Source: a virus
Strand: one strand, 5' to 3'
DNA: 64,000 nt
Virus record (IMG/VR): IMGVR_UViG_3300025012_000066
Location: 11,470 to 75,469 of that record
In this document: in pieces, positions 40,167 through 49,772 of the stretch
How the letters are laid out: each line of letters starts with the position of its first letter
Position numbering within the stretch: the stretch's first letter is position 1
The notes under the pieces: generated by a model
What the model was told of the DNA's origin: nothing
The model's database searches: none
What the model saw: only the letters and a program-made list of their open reading frames with translations
Program-made: the position numbers and the translations under genes

Positions 40167-42497
40167 TCAAAACTTACTCTCCTTTTTACTCTTAAATCTC
40201 TTCTCAGGTGGTAATTGCATCTTGCAAATAAATGGCACAGCATTTTCCCCACCACTTCTAATAATATTAATACTATGCCAACGTTTCAACTTTAAGCAAT
40301 CCTCCAAAGTAAACGGATAAACCTCTTCCTTTAAACTTATCCAAGTTAATTTACTTGTAGGATAAATATGATAATGTGGCAAAGCATTTCGAATTGCTTT
40401 CTGTAAATTATTGGGAATTTGTTCCCAATAATGGAACGTCCAAAAGTACCCCACAAGCCACTTTCGACTCTCGACAGCAGCACCCTCCCATATTGAAGCA
40501 CTACGAAGATATTGATGTGGCTCGTCTAACATGATATAGAAAGGAAATTCTGCTTCAGATCCATATATTTTCTTTCTAAGTCTCATAGCAATATCAATTT
40601 TGGAACATAGTAAATTGACAATTACATCTATTGCCGATTTATCTAAGTCGTCACTAGGAACATCAAATACAATAATTTTCTTTTGTGACATTAATTGAAC
40701 CATGTCTAAACTATTATTAGAATTTACACAATTTGCTAAGTGGGGATCTGATAATATCCTATTCAATCTATTGTAAATAGGAGATAATATCTTACCCTTC
40801 ATACCGTCACCCATACCTTCAAATTCTTTTAAAGTTGCCTTATTTAATCCTTCATCCATACCATCAATAACTTGTTTAAGATAAGTTTTATCATTAAAAA
40901 TCTTGATAATTTCTGATACTTTACCAGTAGTCATTCCAATTATAGATGCTCTTAAAAATCTTTCAGTTTGTCCAGTTGTATCGTCACTTACACCAAAAAA
41001 ATCTACGGCAGTTCCAGCTAATCTTGCCTTTGTACTAGAATCATGTAATGTCTCACACCAATCTAATGAAAATGCTTGTTGTCCTAAATCTATTCTAATA
41101 AAATCTTCCTTCTTTACAATTCCTGCATTAACAGCACATTGTATTTGATCTCCAATTTCACGTTTATTAGGATCAATTGCCAAACCTCCATATCCCTTTA
41201 AATAAGCCCCTATGAGCCAATTTGAAGCCAATCCTTTTGTCTTACCCTGCCCCATACCTCCGATCCCTACATTCGGCAAGCAAGCTTCATCAGGATCATT
41301 TACAGGTTGATATACTTTAACAGTTTGTCCTTTAAATGTTGCATCACCTAATTCAATCCCTTTTGATTCATTTAAGAATTTATTGTTTACTTCAACTTCT
41401 GCTAATTCAACTCTTTCAACTTCAGGATATTTTTCTTGAAGTTCTCTACCAGGGATTTGAACAATTTTAGATATTTCTGCTGATGACATAATATTAAAAT
41501 TTAGCTTAACTCTTGGTGGTTTATGAGTATTTATAATTCTTAAAACTTCATTTGCTTTTTTACCTTTTAATTGACAAGGTGCTAATTCATTGTCTAAGCT
41601 TATGTCATGAAAACTACTTGCTATTGTCCTTGCTATTGTATTTGCCCTTGCAGATTCATCTGATTCAACAATAACCCAAAGATAAGTTCTTATAGATGAT
41701 TTATTTCTTTTTTCTTTTGTAGAATTTGATAAATTTTCTATTGTGTACTTTTGGCCTTCCGGATCAGATGGTTTTTTAGCGTATATATTTTGACTATTTC
41801 CATCACTAATTAACTCACTCAAACCAATAATTACCTCTCTAATTAACTCTGTTAATCCGATAGCAATTGTAAAGGTAATATTTTTAAATGATTGATTCCA
41901 TTTTCTCGGAGCATTTCCACTTCTTAATTTATCCCACGCTTCATCTAATTCGCCTTGCCATGCTAATTGATATATTGGATCAAGATAGCAAAATAATCTT
42001 GCCTTTTCATTTTCTCCTATTAATCTTCCTGCTTCAATTAATGATATAAGTGGAAGATTGTCCTTTGAATCAGTGTGTAGTGAATATAGATCGTGCTTAC
42101 TGTAAACTAATTCATAAACAACAGATTTGTTTGAATTAAATTCTTCTGCATTATCTACTTTGTCGATTGTGGTCTTGTCCCATATAGATGTTAATCTTCT
42201 GTAAATAAGAGGTGCAATAGTTTCAGGCACACCAATGTAAAATGTTACATTGTTTTCTTTGAAATCAATTTCAAATGATGCCCTTTCCTGCACTTTATAT
42301 CCTCTTGGTAAGATTGCTTGTCTTATAATTCTATCAATAGGTAGTTTAAATTGATCTGCAATAGTTTTAACAAAATCTTCTGTACGATAATTTCTAGCAG
42401 AAGAGTCAGGTTTAATTTTAAATCTTACATATTTAGGATTAACAATATTAAACCAATTAATATTTTTAATAGTAGTAATTTTTTCAGCAAAAATCAT
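40167..42497 (-). CDS. VirB4/HerA/FtsK-like P-loop ATPase
   Basis: Walker A GGMGQGKT, AIDP, Walker B IMLDEPHQ, ESRK; ATGA-coupled to the M23 gene. Confidence 0.75.
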   Translation of the reverse strand: MIFAEKITTIKNINWFNIVNPKYVRFKIKPDSSARNYRTEDFVKTIADQFKLPIDRIIRQAILPRGYKVQERASFEIDFKENNVTFYIGVPETIAPLIYRRLTSIWDKTTIDKVDNAEEFNSNKSVVYELVYSKHDLYSLHTDSKDNLPLISLIEAGRLIGENEKARLFCYLDPIYQLAWQGELDEAWDKLRSGNAPRKWNQSFKNITFTIAIGLTELIREVIIGLSELISDGNSQNIYAKKPSDPEGQKYTIENLSNSTKEKRNKSSIRTYLWVIVESDESARANTIARTIASSFHDISLDNELAPCQLKGKKANEVLRIINTHKPPRVKLNFNIMSSAEISKIVQIPGRELQEKYPEVERVELAEVEVNNKFLNESKGIELGDATFKGQTVKVYQPVNDPDEACLPNVGIGGMGQGKTKGLASNWLIGAYLKGYGGLAIDPNKREIGDQIQCAVNAGIVKKEDFIRIDLGQQAFSLDWCETLHDSSTKARLAGTAVDFFGVSDDTTGQTERFLRASIIGMTTGKVSEIIKIFNDKTYLKQVIDGMDEGLNKATLKEFEGMGDGMKGKILSPIYNRLNRILSDPHLANCVNSNNSLDMVQLMSQKKIIVFDVPSDDLDKSAIDVIVNLLCSKIDIAMRLRKKIYGSEAEFPFYIMLDEPHQYLRSASIWEGAAVESRKWLVGYFWTFHYWEQIPNNLQKAIRNALPHYHIYPTSKLTWISLKEEVYPFTLEDCLKLKRWHSINIIRSGGENAVPFICKMQLPPEKRFKSKKESKF

Positions 42498-43141
42498 TGT
42501 ATGGTCACTCCTAACATTTTTAATATGATATAAAATGCAAAAGTCCAATAAACTCCTTTTACAGCTCTTTTAGAACCGAATATTGCAAGTAAAGCTAATA
42601 TCATAGCAACTAATATTGCATAATCACTGTTTTGAACTATCCAATGGAATAAATCAGATATAAATGATAAAAACTTGTTAAATATACTTTGTTTTGCTTC
42701 ATCTAATAAATCCGTACCAGAAGTAGTTAATACATGCCATGTTTTTTCCCAAAATCCTGTTTCAGTTGCTTTTTGAAGATAATTGCTTGGGTCTTGATAT
42801 TGACCATTTGATGATATTAGCCCAACGTGGATATGCGGGCCTGTACTTCTTCCAGAATTTCCAGTTAATCCTAATGTTTCTCCCACTTTAACATGTTGAC
42901 CATAAGTTACATTCACTTGAGATAAATGACCATAAACCAATTCTTTGCCATTATCTAACTTAACTCCAATGCCATTTCCAATAATATTATCGTGAATTAT
43001 CCTGCTAATGATTCCATCCGTTAAAGATTGGGCAGGAGTAGACATAGGACTTCCAATATCTACTCCAGAATGAGGAATCTTGTGAACACTATCAATTGCT
43101 CCAAATTTTGCTGTGATAGGATATTGCAAGAATTTAATCAT
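42494..43141 (-). CDS. M23 (LytM) peptidase with C-terminal TM helices
   Basis: HSGVD, YGHLS, GRSTGPHIH; hydrophobic C-terminus. Confidence 0.88.
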   Translation of the reverse strand: MIKFLQYPITAKFGAIDSVHKIPHSGVDIGSPMSTPAQSLTDGIISRIIHDNIIGNGIGVKLDNGKELVYGHLSQVNVTYGQHVKVGETLGLTGNSGRSTGPHIHVGLISSNGQYQDPSNYLQKATETGFWEKTWHVLTTSGTDLLDEAKQSIFNKFLSFISDLFHWIVQNSDYAILVAMILALLAIFGSKRAVKGVYWTFAFYIILKMLGVTIQ

Positions 43142-43155
43142 AATGATTATCTCCT

Positions 43156-43632
43156 TTATCTAGGAATTGCTATTTGAACTGAACTAAAAGCATTATGAAT
43201 TGCAACAAAAAATGTAGGAATAATGAACATACTTATATAACCAATGACCGCAAATTTTAATTTCTGCTTCCATCCAGGAGAACCAATAATCATTTCTACC
43301 ATTCCCCATATTGATACAATAATTCCTACTGGTAATGCTAAATCTTGAACCATTGTGATAATAGGCCATAATGAAACAATTAGATTTGCTGTGCCAACTG
43401 GATTACCTACTGAATTTGTTAATGTTGGTACAGGTGAAACTACTGCTAAAACAGGTGATGCTAAATTAATTACACTTAAAACAACAGAGGTTGGAACTAG
43501 ATAATTTTTGAATAGTTTTTCTACTTTTTTACCTACTTCAATCCATTGATTTACTAATACTTCTTTTTCAAGTGTTACCAATGGATGAACACATGGAGGA
43601 TTTAAAACAGATCCATTAATTCTAACAATCAT
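43156..43632 (-). CDS. VirB2/TrbC pilin-like membrane protein
   Basis: Signal-like segment ending PVLA, two TM helices separated by GWKQKLKFAVIG; RBS AAAGGAGG before ATG 43632. Confidence 0.55.
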   Translation of the reverse strand: MIVRINGSVLNPPCVHPLVTLEKEVLVNQWIEVGKKVEKLFKNYLVPTSVVLSVINLASPVLAVVSPVPTLTNSVGNPVGTANLIVSLWPIITMVQDLALPVGIIVSIWGMVEMIIGSPGWKQKLKFAVIGYISMFIIPTFFVAIHNAFSSVQIAIPR

Positions 43633-43654
43633 TTTTAATAAACCTCCTTTAGAT

Positions 43655-43684
43655 GTATAAGTATTTGAATTTGCGGTAATACTA
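43655..43684 (+). promoter_or_regulatory. Sporulation sigma-F-type promoter
   Basis: GTATA-15 bp-GGTAATACTA fits the B. subtilis sigma-F consensus GYATA-N15-GGnnAnAnTA. Confidence 0.65.
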
Positions 43685-43711
43685 AAGTCATATTGGAAGG
43701 AGATGATTTTC

Positions 43712-43789
43712 ATGACACCTGCACTCATAAAAATACTCATTGGATTTGGTTTAGTAGCATTCCATTATTTACCGATAGTCTCCAAATAG
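43712..43789 (+). CDS. 25-aa hydrophobic peptide (not in ORF track)
   Basis: RBS GAAGGAG; MTPALIKILIGFGLVAFHYLPIVSK; has its own promoter and terminator. Confidence 0.6.
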   Translation: MTPALIKILIGFGLVAFHYLPIVSK

Positions 43790-43868
43790 GTAGTACTTGC
43801 ATAATAAAATATATGTGTGCATAAATATGATTCATCATATTAAATGAGTTAAGTCTACCCTTTACCAA

Positions 43869-43894
43869 ATCCCCACCATTGGGGATATTTTTTT
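43869..43894 (+). terminator. Intrinsic terminator
   Basis: ATCCCCA-ccat-TGGGGAT followed by A and T7. Confidence 0.7.
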
Positions 43895-43896
43895 GT

Positions 43897-44121
43897 TCAT
43901 TTTCTCCTTTTAATTGCTTCTTTAGTAAGTCTAATAATTTCAGGCATACTTTTGAACATTGATTTCAACATAAAGAATGCTCCAAATAAAAACATTATAC
44001 AACCTAATAATCCCACTAAAGAACCTACAATTAATGAAAATGGAGTAATTAATTCAGAACCAATACCAATAATAAAAGTGCCAGTAACCATAGTCAACAT
44101 TGCTTTTGTATCTTTTCTCAT
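43897..44121 (-). CDS. Small two-TM membrane protein
   Basis: Two hydrophobic helices, RBS AAGGAGG. Confidence 0.65.
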   Translation of the reverse strand: MRKDTKAMLTMVTGTFIIGIGSELITPFSLIVGSLVGLLGCIMFLFGAFFMLKSMFKSMPEIIRLTKEAIKRRK

Positions 44122-44384
44122 AATAATTCCTCCTTAAAACTTGATTTAAAATCCTTAATAATTTCAATTCCTTTTTCTGAAATATAATAGCAGAAGGCAT
44201 TCCTTTCTTTATATCCAGAAAAAATAAGCTTTAATTGATTAAGATGTCCAATTATATTCCTAAGTCTAAAATAATTAAGATTTAATAGAGTTGATAATTT
44301 CTTTATAGAGATAGAATTCATTTGATTATTGAATTGATTATCAAATAAATACAGCAAAACATCTACTTCAATCTTACTTAACAT
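44118..44384 (-). CDS. Winged-helix DNA-binding protein
   Basis: ISIKKLS...RLRNIIGHL...YYISEKG. Confidence 0.6.
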   Translation of the reverse strand: MLSKIEVDVLLYLFDNQFNNQMNSISIKKLSTLLNLNYFRLRNIIGHLNQLKLIFSGYKERNAFCYYISEKGIEIIKDFKSSFKEELL

Positions 44385-44508
44385 TTAATTAATTCACCTC
44401 ACCTTCCCTAATGTATATTAAGCAATGCTTATTCTATATGTATAGTAATAAATGGGAATTTAAAATTTCTCCCAAAATAAAAACTCTGATTTCTCAGGAC
44501 TTAATTTA

Positions 44509-44586
44509 TACCCCATACTATCCCTTATCTTTTCCTACATATTCTCCAATTACCCCATACAATACTACAATTATTCCTACATACTC
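44509..44586. repeat. parC-like repeats downstream of parR
   Basis: TACCCCATAC at 44509 and 44551; TTCCTACATA at 44532 and 44574 (42-bp period). Confidence 0.6.
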
Positions 44587-44626
44587 ACTAAACAAAAAAA
44601 GAAGACACAACCATTATAGTTGCGTC

Positions 44627-44890
44627 TCAAATCATCATATCATCAAGTTCATCCTTTTCTGCTCTCTTCCTTTCGACTACTTTAGTCTGTATCAAAACAT
44701 CCTCCTTTATTCCTTCCTTAGTCTCTTTAACTACGACCCCATCATTAATTAATTGCTTCTTAACCCATTTACTAAAATTTCTAATCTCATTTGCCTTTTC
44801 ATAAAGTAATAATTCATCTTCATCATCTAGGTTAAAATAAACACCTTTTCTTTTTACTCTGCCTGTGAGTTCGCCTGTGCTTTTGCCCAT
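44627..44890 (-). CDS. ParR-like adaptor (ribbon-helix-helix-like)
   Basis: Small ORF overlapping the parM end; RKGVYFNL...NFSKWVKKQL, acidic tail. Confidence 0.65.
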   Translation of the reverse strand: MGKSTGELTGRVKRKGVYFNLDDEDELLLYEKANEIRNFSKWVKKQLINDGVVVKETKEGIKEDVLIQTKVVERKRAEKDELDDMMI

Positions 44891-45705
44891 TTTTTCACGC
44901 CCATCCTGTGATAACCTTCTACGTTAGCATAGACACAATTATCTAAAACTGAACAATTAGGATAATATTTCTTAAATAAATCACCAAATTGCAATGCTCC
45001 TCCACCAGTTAATAAAACTCGATCAGAAATTTCGTAGTCTGTGAATCTCTGACTAAGTTCAGCTACAATCTTTCCAACATATTGAGAATTATCAATTTGA
45101 TTTCCTTTTAGTTTAATGGAACCGAAAGCCAGTGTTCCAGAATCCCTTGTTACAAATTTACTCCCATTCATAGAACTATAATTTACAGTTAAACTTCCTA
45201 AGTCAATTATTCTTTTCTTACCAATTGATAAATTTTCATCTTTCGATAATGCATATTGAAAGCTGGCAACAGATTCAGGTATAATATTTAGATTGTTTAT
45301 ACAGAATTTTTTATGTTCTCCATTAATTTGAATATCGTATTTGCCAAATAATAAATTTTCCAATGCAGATTTTGTTGCGGCATTGAACTGATCAACTGGT
45401 ACACCTGTGCAAATGTACAAATCACTGTCATCTTCCTCTAAGGATAGGCCGACCCCAGTTAAAAAAAGCACCCTTGTCTGTTCATGAATCTTTGATGCTG
45501 TACTCATCTCAATTGGAGCAAATGATTCATCGAGTGCTAATTGTCCTACAAAATGTTTTTCTTTATCGTTGATAATTACTTCATATTCTTCATTATCAGA
45601 TATTTCCCTATGATGCCAATCTCCAACTACAGACCTGAATGATTGATTGTTTAATAACTTTACAGTGTTGCGTCCACAGTCGATTGGAATGATCTGAATT
45701 GCCAT
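44854..45705 (-). CDS. parM: Actin-like partition ATPase ParM/StbA
   Basis: IDCGRNTVK, TGVP, PES, IIDLGSLTVN, LTGGGA. Confidence 0.88.
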   Translation of the reverse strand: MAIQIIPIDCGRNTVKLLNNQSFRSVVGDWHHREISDNEEYEVIINDKEKHFVGQLALDESFAPIEMSTASKIHEQTRVLFLTGVGLSLEEDDSDLYICTGVPVDQFNAATKSALENLLFGKYDIQINGEHKKFCINNLNIIPESVASFQYALSKDENLSIGKKRIIDLGSLTVNYSSMNGSKFVTRDSGTLAFGSIKLKGNQIDNSQYVGKIVAELSQRFTDYEISDRVLLTGGGALQFGDLFKKYYPNCSVLDNCVYANVEGYHRMGVKKWAKAQANSQAE

Positions 45706-45726
45706 AAATATTCCTCCTTCATGTTA

Positions 45727-45790
45727 TACCCCACTATAAAGTATGGGGTATTTACCTTTATTCTGATTATATCGCATTACCCCATACTTT
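45727..45790. repeat. parC-like repeats upstream of parM
   Basis: TACCCCAC 45727, inverted GTATGGGGTA 45741, TACCCCATAC 45778. Confidence 0.6.
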
Positions 45791-45894
45791 ACAATGCTTT
45801 TTCATTTGCGGTATTGATAAAATACAAAGGCCCATTGCTATATTTATTGTGTAGCAATGGGCTTATTTTTCTTTTTATTATACGGCCTGAATAC

Positions 45895-45974
45895 TTATCA
45901 ACATGTGGATAAATTTTGTCGAGGACTATCTATCCACAAAGGAAATTATGATATATACTATTACCTGTGGATAA
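45895..45974. promoter_or_regulatory. DnaA-box cluster (candidate origin)
   Basis: TGTGGATAA perfect at 45904 and 45966; one-mismatch boxes at 45895 and 45930. Confidence 0.75.
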
Positions 45975-46290
45975 TTTTTATTCTTAGAAGGAGAATAGTG
46001 TCGAGGTGTCGAATATATAACTCAATCAAATTAACTCAATAAATGCGAAAACACCTGACCTCTTGCAAAGATCAAGTGTTTTCTGAGCATAATGTTCTGA
46101 ACAACATTAAGCTTTTAAGTTCTTGAGATTATTGTACCCTAAGTTTAAATTAGAAGCAAGTATAAACTTAGAGAATAATTTAACAAAGAATGTAAAAGGT
46201 TAGTAGTTGGTGCAGAAATGTACATGCTACTAACTTTTTTATTGAGTCAATATTAATAAAATTATTCAAATTGAATAGGTAATGAAAAAA

Positions 46291-46423
46291 TCTCCTAGTT
46301 AGTGCTTGAGTTGTGGCGACACATCACTAAACTAGGAGACCCCTGAAGACTCGTATTGAATTCTTTAAGTCATTTTATCATGATTTTAAAAATTTGTAAA
46401 CAGTCTTCAGCATCGCTACGCTC
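46291..46423 (+). promoter_or_regulatory. Structured rep leader (plasmid copy-control-like)
   Basis: Stem TCTCCTAGTTAGTG/CACTAAACTAGGAGA with loop TGTGGCGA complementary to TCGCTAC (46413); second stem CTGAAGACT/AGTCTTCAG. Confidence 0.55.
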
Positions 46424-46457
46424 ATTTTTTGAAAAATGCTGAAAGAAGGTTTTATCA

Positions 46458-47012
46458 ATGAAAGCACAACAAACTGTATTTGATTTTATTAAAGAAACAA
46501 TGGGACATAGCACATTATTGGCTATATCTGGAGATATGATGCCATTTGCTAATAATTCTTTTGATAATGCAAGATTTCTAAGTCAGTTGCTTTTCTGGGT
46601 TGATGATAGAAATGAATGGACTCCAATTCAAATGAAGGAATGGAAAGATGTAGCTCATTTATCTAGATATGCTATAGAAAAAGCAAGATATTATTTCTAC
46701 AGTATTGGAGTTCTAGAATATCGTGTTAAAAAAGACAGTCAGGGAAATCCTGTTTCTCATTATCGTTTAGACTTTAAAGCATTGATGAATAAGATGAATA
46801 AGTTCTTCAAAGATAATAAACCAAAGCAAATTGTAACTTTTTCTGGTTTTGCTGATTGCTTCAAAAAGAAAAGTGAACAAAAACAGACTGATATTCCTAC
46901 AAACACTTATCCTCAATATAAAGAAAAATTAGAGAGTAAAAATATAGGACAATCTTCTAAAAATGAAACCAGAGAGGAAAGAAAAAAGAGATTAGAGAGA
47001 CTTTACCTCTGA
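46458..47012 (+). CDS. Replication initiator-like wHTH protein
   Basis: FLSQLLFW...EW....LSR...G.LE...GNPVSHYRLD pattern of phage/plasmid Rep N-domains. Confidence 0.65.
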   Translation: MKAQQTVFDFIKETMGHSTLLAISGDMMPFANNSFDNARFLSQLLFWVDDRNEWTPIQMKEWKDVAHLSRYAIEKARYYFYSIGVLEYRVKKDSQGNPVSHYRLDFKALMNKMNKFFKDNKPKQIVTFSGFADCFKKKSEQKQTDIPTNTYPQYKEKLESKNIGQSSKNETREERKKRLERLYL

Positions 47013-47086
47013 TCTAATCTCTTCAGCCTCCATTAATTAAATAAATCACATTTTAAAAAAGAGAAGTTTATGATACTCTAGCTTTG

Positions 47087-47440
47087 CTATGCCTTAACAA
47101 TCTCAACATAAAACTCACCACCATCAAAATTTCCATCCATACGACCCACCAATTCTGGCCCATTCTCATATTTAGCAGATTCATAATTACATCCGCAATC
47201 ACATTTTAAATCACTAACCATAATTAATTCACCACATTCTGCATCAGGAAACATTTCTTTAATTGCAGTATTATATGTCTCAAATACTTCTTTCTTTGCT
47301 TCCGAGATTGTTTTAAAAAATGTAGGTTTAGCGAAAACACCTGATTTTTCTTCTTCAAATAGATTGATACCAAATCTAACTTGATATTTAATATTCTTAT
47401 TATTTTTGTTTTTATTACAGAATTGTTTAATCTTTGCCAT
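47087..47440 (-). CDS. Hypothetical protein
   Basis: ORF with RBS. Confidence 0.5.
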   Translation of the reverse strand: MAKIKQFCNKNKNNKNIKYQVRFGINLFEEEKSGVFAKPTFFKTISEAKKEVFETYNTAIKEMFPDAECGELIMVSDLKCDCGCNYESAKYENGPELVGRMDGNFDGGEFYVEIVKA

Positions 47441-47683
47441 TATATCTTCCTTCTTTCTTTAATTCTTCTTTTAAATCATTCCAACTTTTCTTAGGTATTT
47501 TTCCTTCTCTTATTAATTTCATTTCTTTTAACGATTGTTCTAAAGATTCAGATGGAGTACAATATCTTTTTTTCATCTTTAGTATCATCCATATGAAAAC
47601 ATGTTTCACAAGTTAATCCATATTCTTTTGAAGAACAATTATTTATATCATAATCCACAGGACATTTAAATTTAATCCTCTCC

Positions 47684-48160
47684 TTAACATCCATAACTAC
47701 AAGTCCAATATTTTTCACTGGTCATTCCATCTTCTTTTTCAGCAAATTCAATCAAAGGATTTCTGCAGACATTACATATACCTTGTTCTTCACAATATTT
47801 CTCATTTTCACTTTTAAAATATTCTTGAAAAGCATTTTTATCTAGCAATTCAGTATATGGAATTTGGCAATTTACCACTCTCAGCCATTCTATGCTTTCA
47901 ACACCGAATTCTAGAAAATCTTCAATGTCATTATCCTTGCATTTGCAATCACTAGAATTATCAATAAGAATTTCTTCTTTATATGCTTTCTTTAAATCTT
48001 GTATAAACATATAGTCTTGATAATTAGAACAAGGGTAAGTGCATGAAGAGATACGAGTACATTTATCACAAATTTCATTATTGTAATCAATCATATTTAT
48101 TTCTCCTTTGTATTTTATTATTGTATTAATCCAAATTCCCTTGATCAAACATATTTTCAA
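47684..48160 (-). CDS. Cys-rich hypothetical protein
   Basis: CxxC motifs; probable start at MIDY (~48094). Confidence 0.5.
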   Translation of the reverse strand: MKICLIKGIWINTIIKYKGEINMIDYNNEICDKCTRISSCTYPCSNYQDYMFIQDLKKAYKEEILIDNSSDCKCKDNDIEDFLEFGVESIEWLRVVNCQIPYTELLDKNAFQEYFKSENEKYCEEQGICNVCRNPLIEFAEKEDGMTSEKYWTCSYGC

Positions 48161-48548
48161 TCAGTCCTATAACGTCATCAAGTGTCTCACAATGATTTGA
48201 AATACAACTATTAATATGTGGACTCCAATGTTTCTTTCCAAAGGCTATAACAGGCTTTCCTAGCTCTCTAAATCTAGTTAACTCAAAGATAGTACCTGGA
48301 CTATAATCTATAGCCTCTAAGCACACAATACAGATGTCACACTTATTAATATAGTAATTGTTTTGGTCAACCACAATCTTAGAATCGTATGTATGATTAA
48401 TTTCTCTTAGAAAATTAATACAAGGATTAAATACTTTTACTGAATTTTCATAGGCCCAAGCACCAAATTTATCTCTCCAATCTGTGGCCTTATAGAATTC
48501 ATTGTTTCTATGATGTATGGTTAATGCTCCAGCTTCATAAATATACAT
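48126..48548 (-). CDS. Nucleoside 2-deoxyribosyltransferase-like protein
   Basis: IY.AG, WR, FNP, CDI, SPGTIFEL, GKPV. Confidence 0.7.
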   Translation of the reverse strand: MYIYEAGALTIHHRNNEFYKATDWRDKFGAWAYENSVKVFNPCINFLREINHTYDSKIVVDQNNYYINKCDICIVCLEAIDYSPGTIFELTRFRELGKPVIAFGKKHWSPHINSCISNHCETLDDVIGLIENMFDQGNLD

Positions 48549-49088
48549 TTAATCGCCAATCCTCTCATTTAAATATTCTATAAATTTAATAACTTCCTGC
48601 TCTAATTCTTCTTTAGTCTCACATTTTATGTAATAATCAAAGTCATAATTATCTAATGCTGTTTCAGAAGAATGTAATCTTTGTTTTGACGTAAGTTTAT
48701 TTTCATGATTAAGTCTTTCAATTCTTAAAGATATAAAATGAAAATCATTATCCCATCTCTCAATCTCATTGATAAATCTTGTATCTGGAATTAAAACATA
48801 ATCGTAATCATCTTCAAAGACTTTTACCAATTCAATTACATTATCTACCCAATAATTATTATTTTTTGCTCTAACTTTTTCAGTGCCAATTTTCTGTAAC
48901 AACTCTCTGCCTTTAATATCTTTTTCACCATTCCATCCGAAATATTTTTGGCAAAGAAATTTAAGTTGATCACCATAATTTATAATTAATACTCTTTTGC
49001 CTTGTTTTTGTAATTCTATTTTAAGAAGAGTGGCAGTCAGGTCTTTGCCTGATTCTGCCTTTCCTGAAATCGGTATAATGATTGGCAT
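48549..49088 (-). CDS. Deoxynucleoside monophosphate kinase
   Basis: SGKAESGKD, RELLQKIGTE, PDTRFINE, HSSETALD. Confidence 0.8.
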   Translation of the reverse strand: MPIIIPISGKAESGKDLTATLLKIELQKQGKRVLIINYGDQLKFLCQKYFGWNGEKDIKGRELLQKIGTEKVRAKNNNYWVDNVIELVKVFEDDYDYVLIPDTRFINEIERWDNDFHFISLRIERLNHENKLTSKQRLHSSETALDNYDFDYYIKCETKEELEQEVIKFIEYLNERIGD

Positions 49089-49093
49089 ATTAT

Positions 49094-49753
49094 TTATTCT
49101 CCTTTCAATAACATTTCTTTAGTAGGATATTTATTACAACCATTTTTCTCATTGCAATATCCTAACACTTCACACTTTACTTTTGCATAACTAATAATTT
49201 TTTCCCATTCACTATCCAAATCACTAACAATACTTTTTAATTCCTTAATAAATTTTCTAAATTCCCAATACGCTCTAGTACATTCCCTAACTTCTACCAT
49301 ATGCAAAATTGCTCTTGCGTTGATTTTTAAAACCATTTTGCTTTCCATTCCTAATGGGAGAATATTAGCAATATCTTCTTTAGGAATACACAAGTCTTCT
49401 AATTTTTTATAAGTATCCATAATATTTGACATGATATTTTGATATATTTCTAATGCTAAATTATTTTTTGTAATAGATTGTGGAATAATATAGTTAAATT
49501 CTCCATATTTAATATATCTTGTACTGGCTTGAAGTCTTGACGTTCCTGATATATGAGTATAAATTTCACGGATAACCCTTGCTGAATATCCACTTATTTG
49601 TAAAGTGACATCTGCGTACTCTAAGACTCTACCATGATTTGATTCAATACAGTCAATTCCTATTTGTGGAGAAGGATTTGAATCCCAACAGTAACTAGCA
49701 CACTCCCCCATTAATGATAATGGATTTTTTGTATAACTAATAACTTTAATCAA
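49094..49753 (-). CDS. thyX: Flavin-dependent thymidylate synthase
   Basis: HGRVLEY, SARVIRE..TH, QASTRY, KEDIANILP, NAR, R.CTRAYWE. Confidence 0.85.
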   Translation of the reverse strand: MIKVISYTKNPLSLMGECASYCWDSNPSPQIGIDCIESNHGRVLEYADVTLQISGYSARVIREIYTHISGTSRLQASTRYIKYGEFNYIIPQSITKNNLALEIYQNIMSNIMDTYKKLEDLCIPKEDIANILPLGMESKMVLKINARAILHMVEVRECTRAYWEFRKFIKELKSIVSDLDSEWEKIISYAKVKCEVLGYCNEKNGCNKYPTKEMLLKGE

Positions 49754-49772
49754 TTATATCTTCCTCTCTTAA

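Noticed and set aside
47427-47609. Toxin-antitoxin pair
   Set aside because: The peptide resembles small clostridial antitoxin-like proteins, but no cognate toxin is adjacent and the start is unclear
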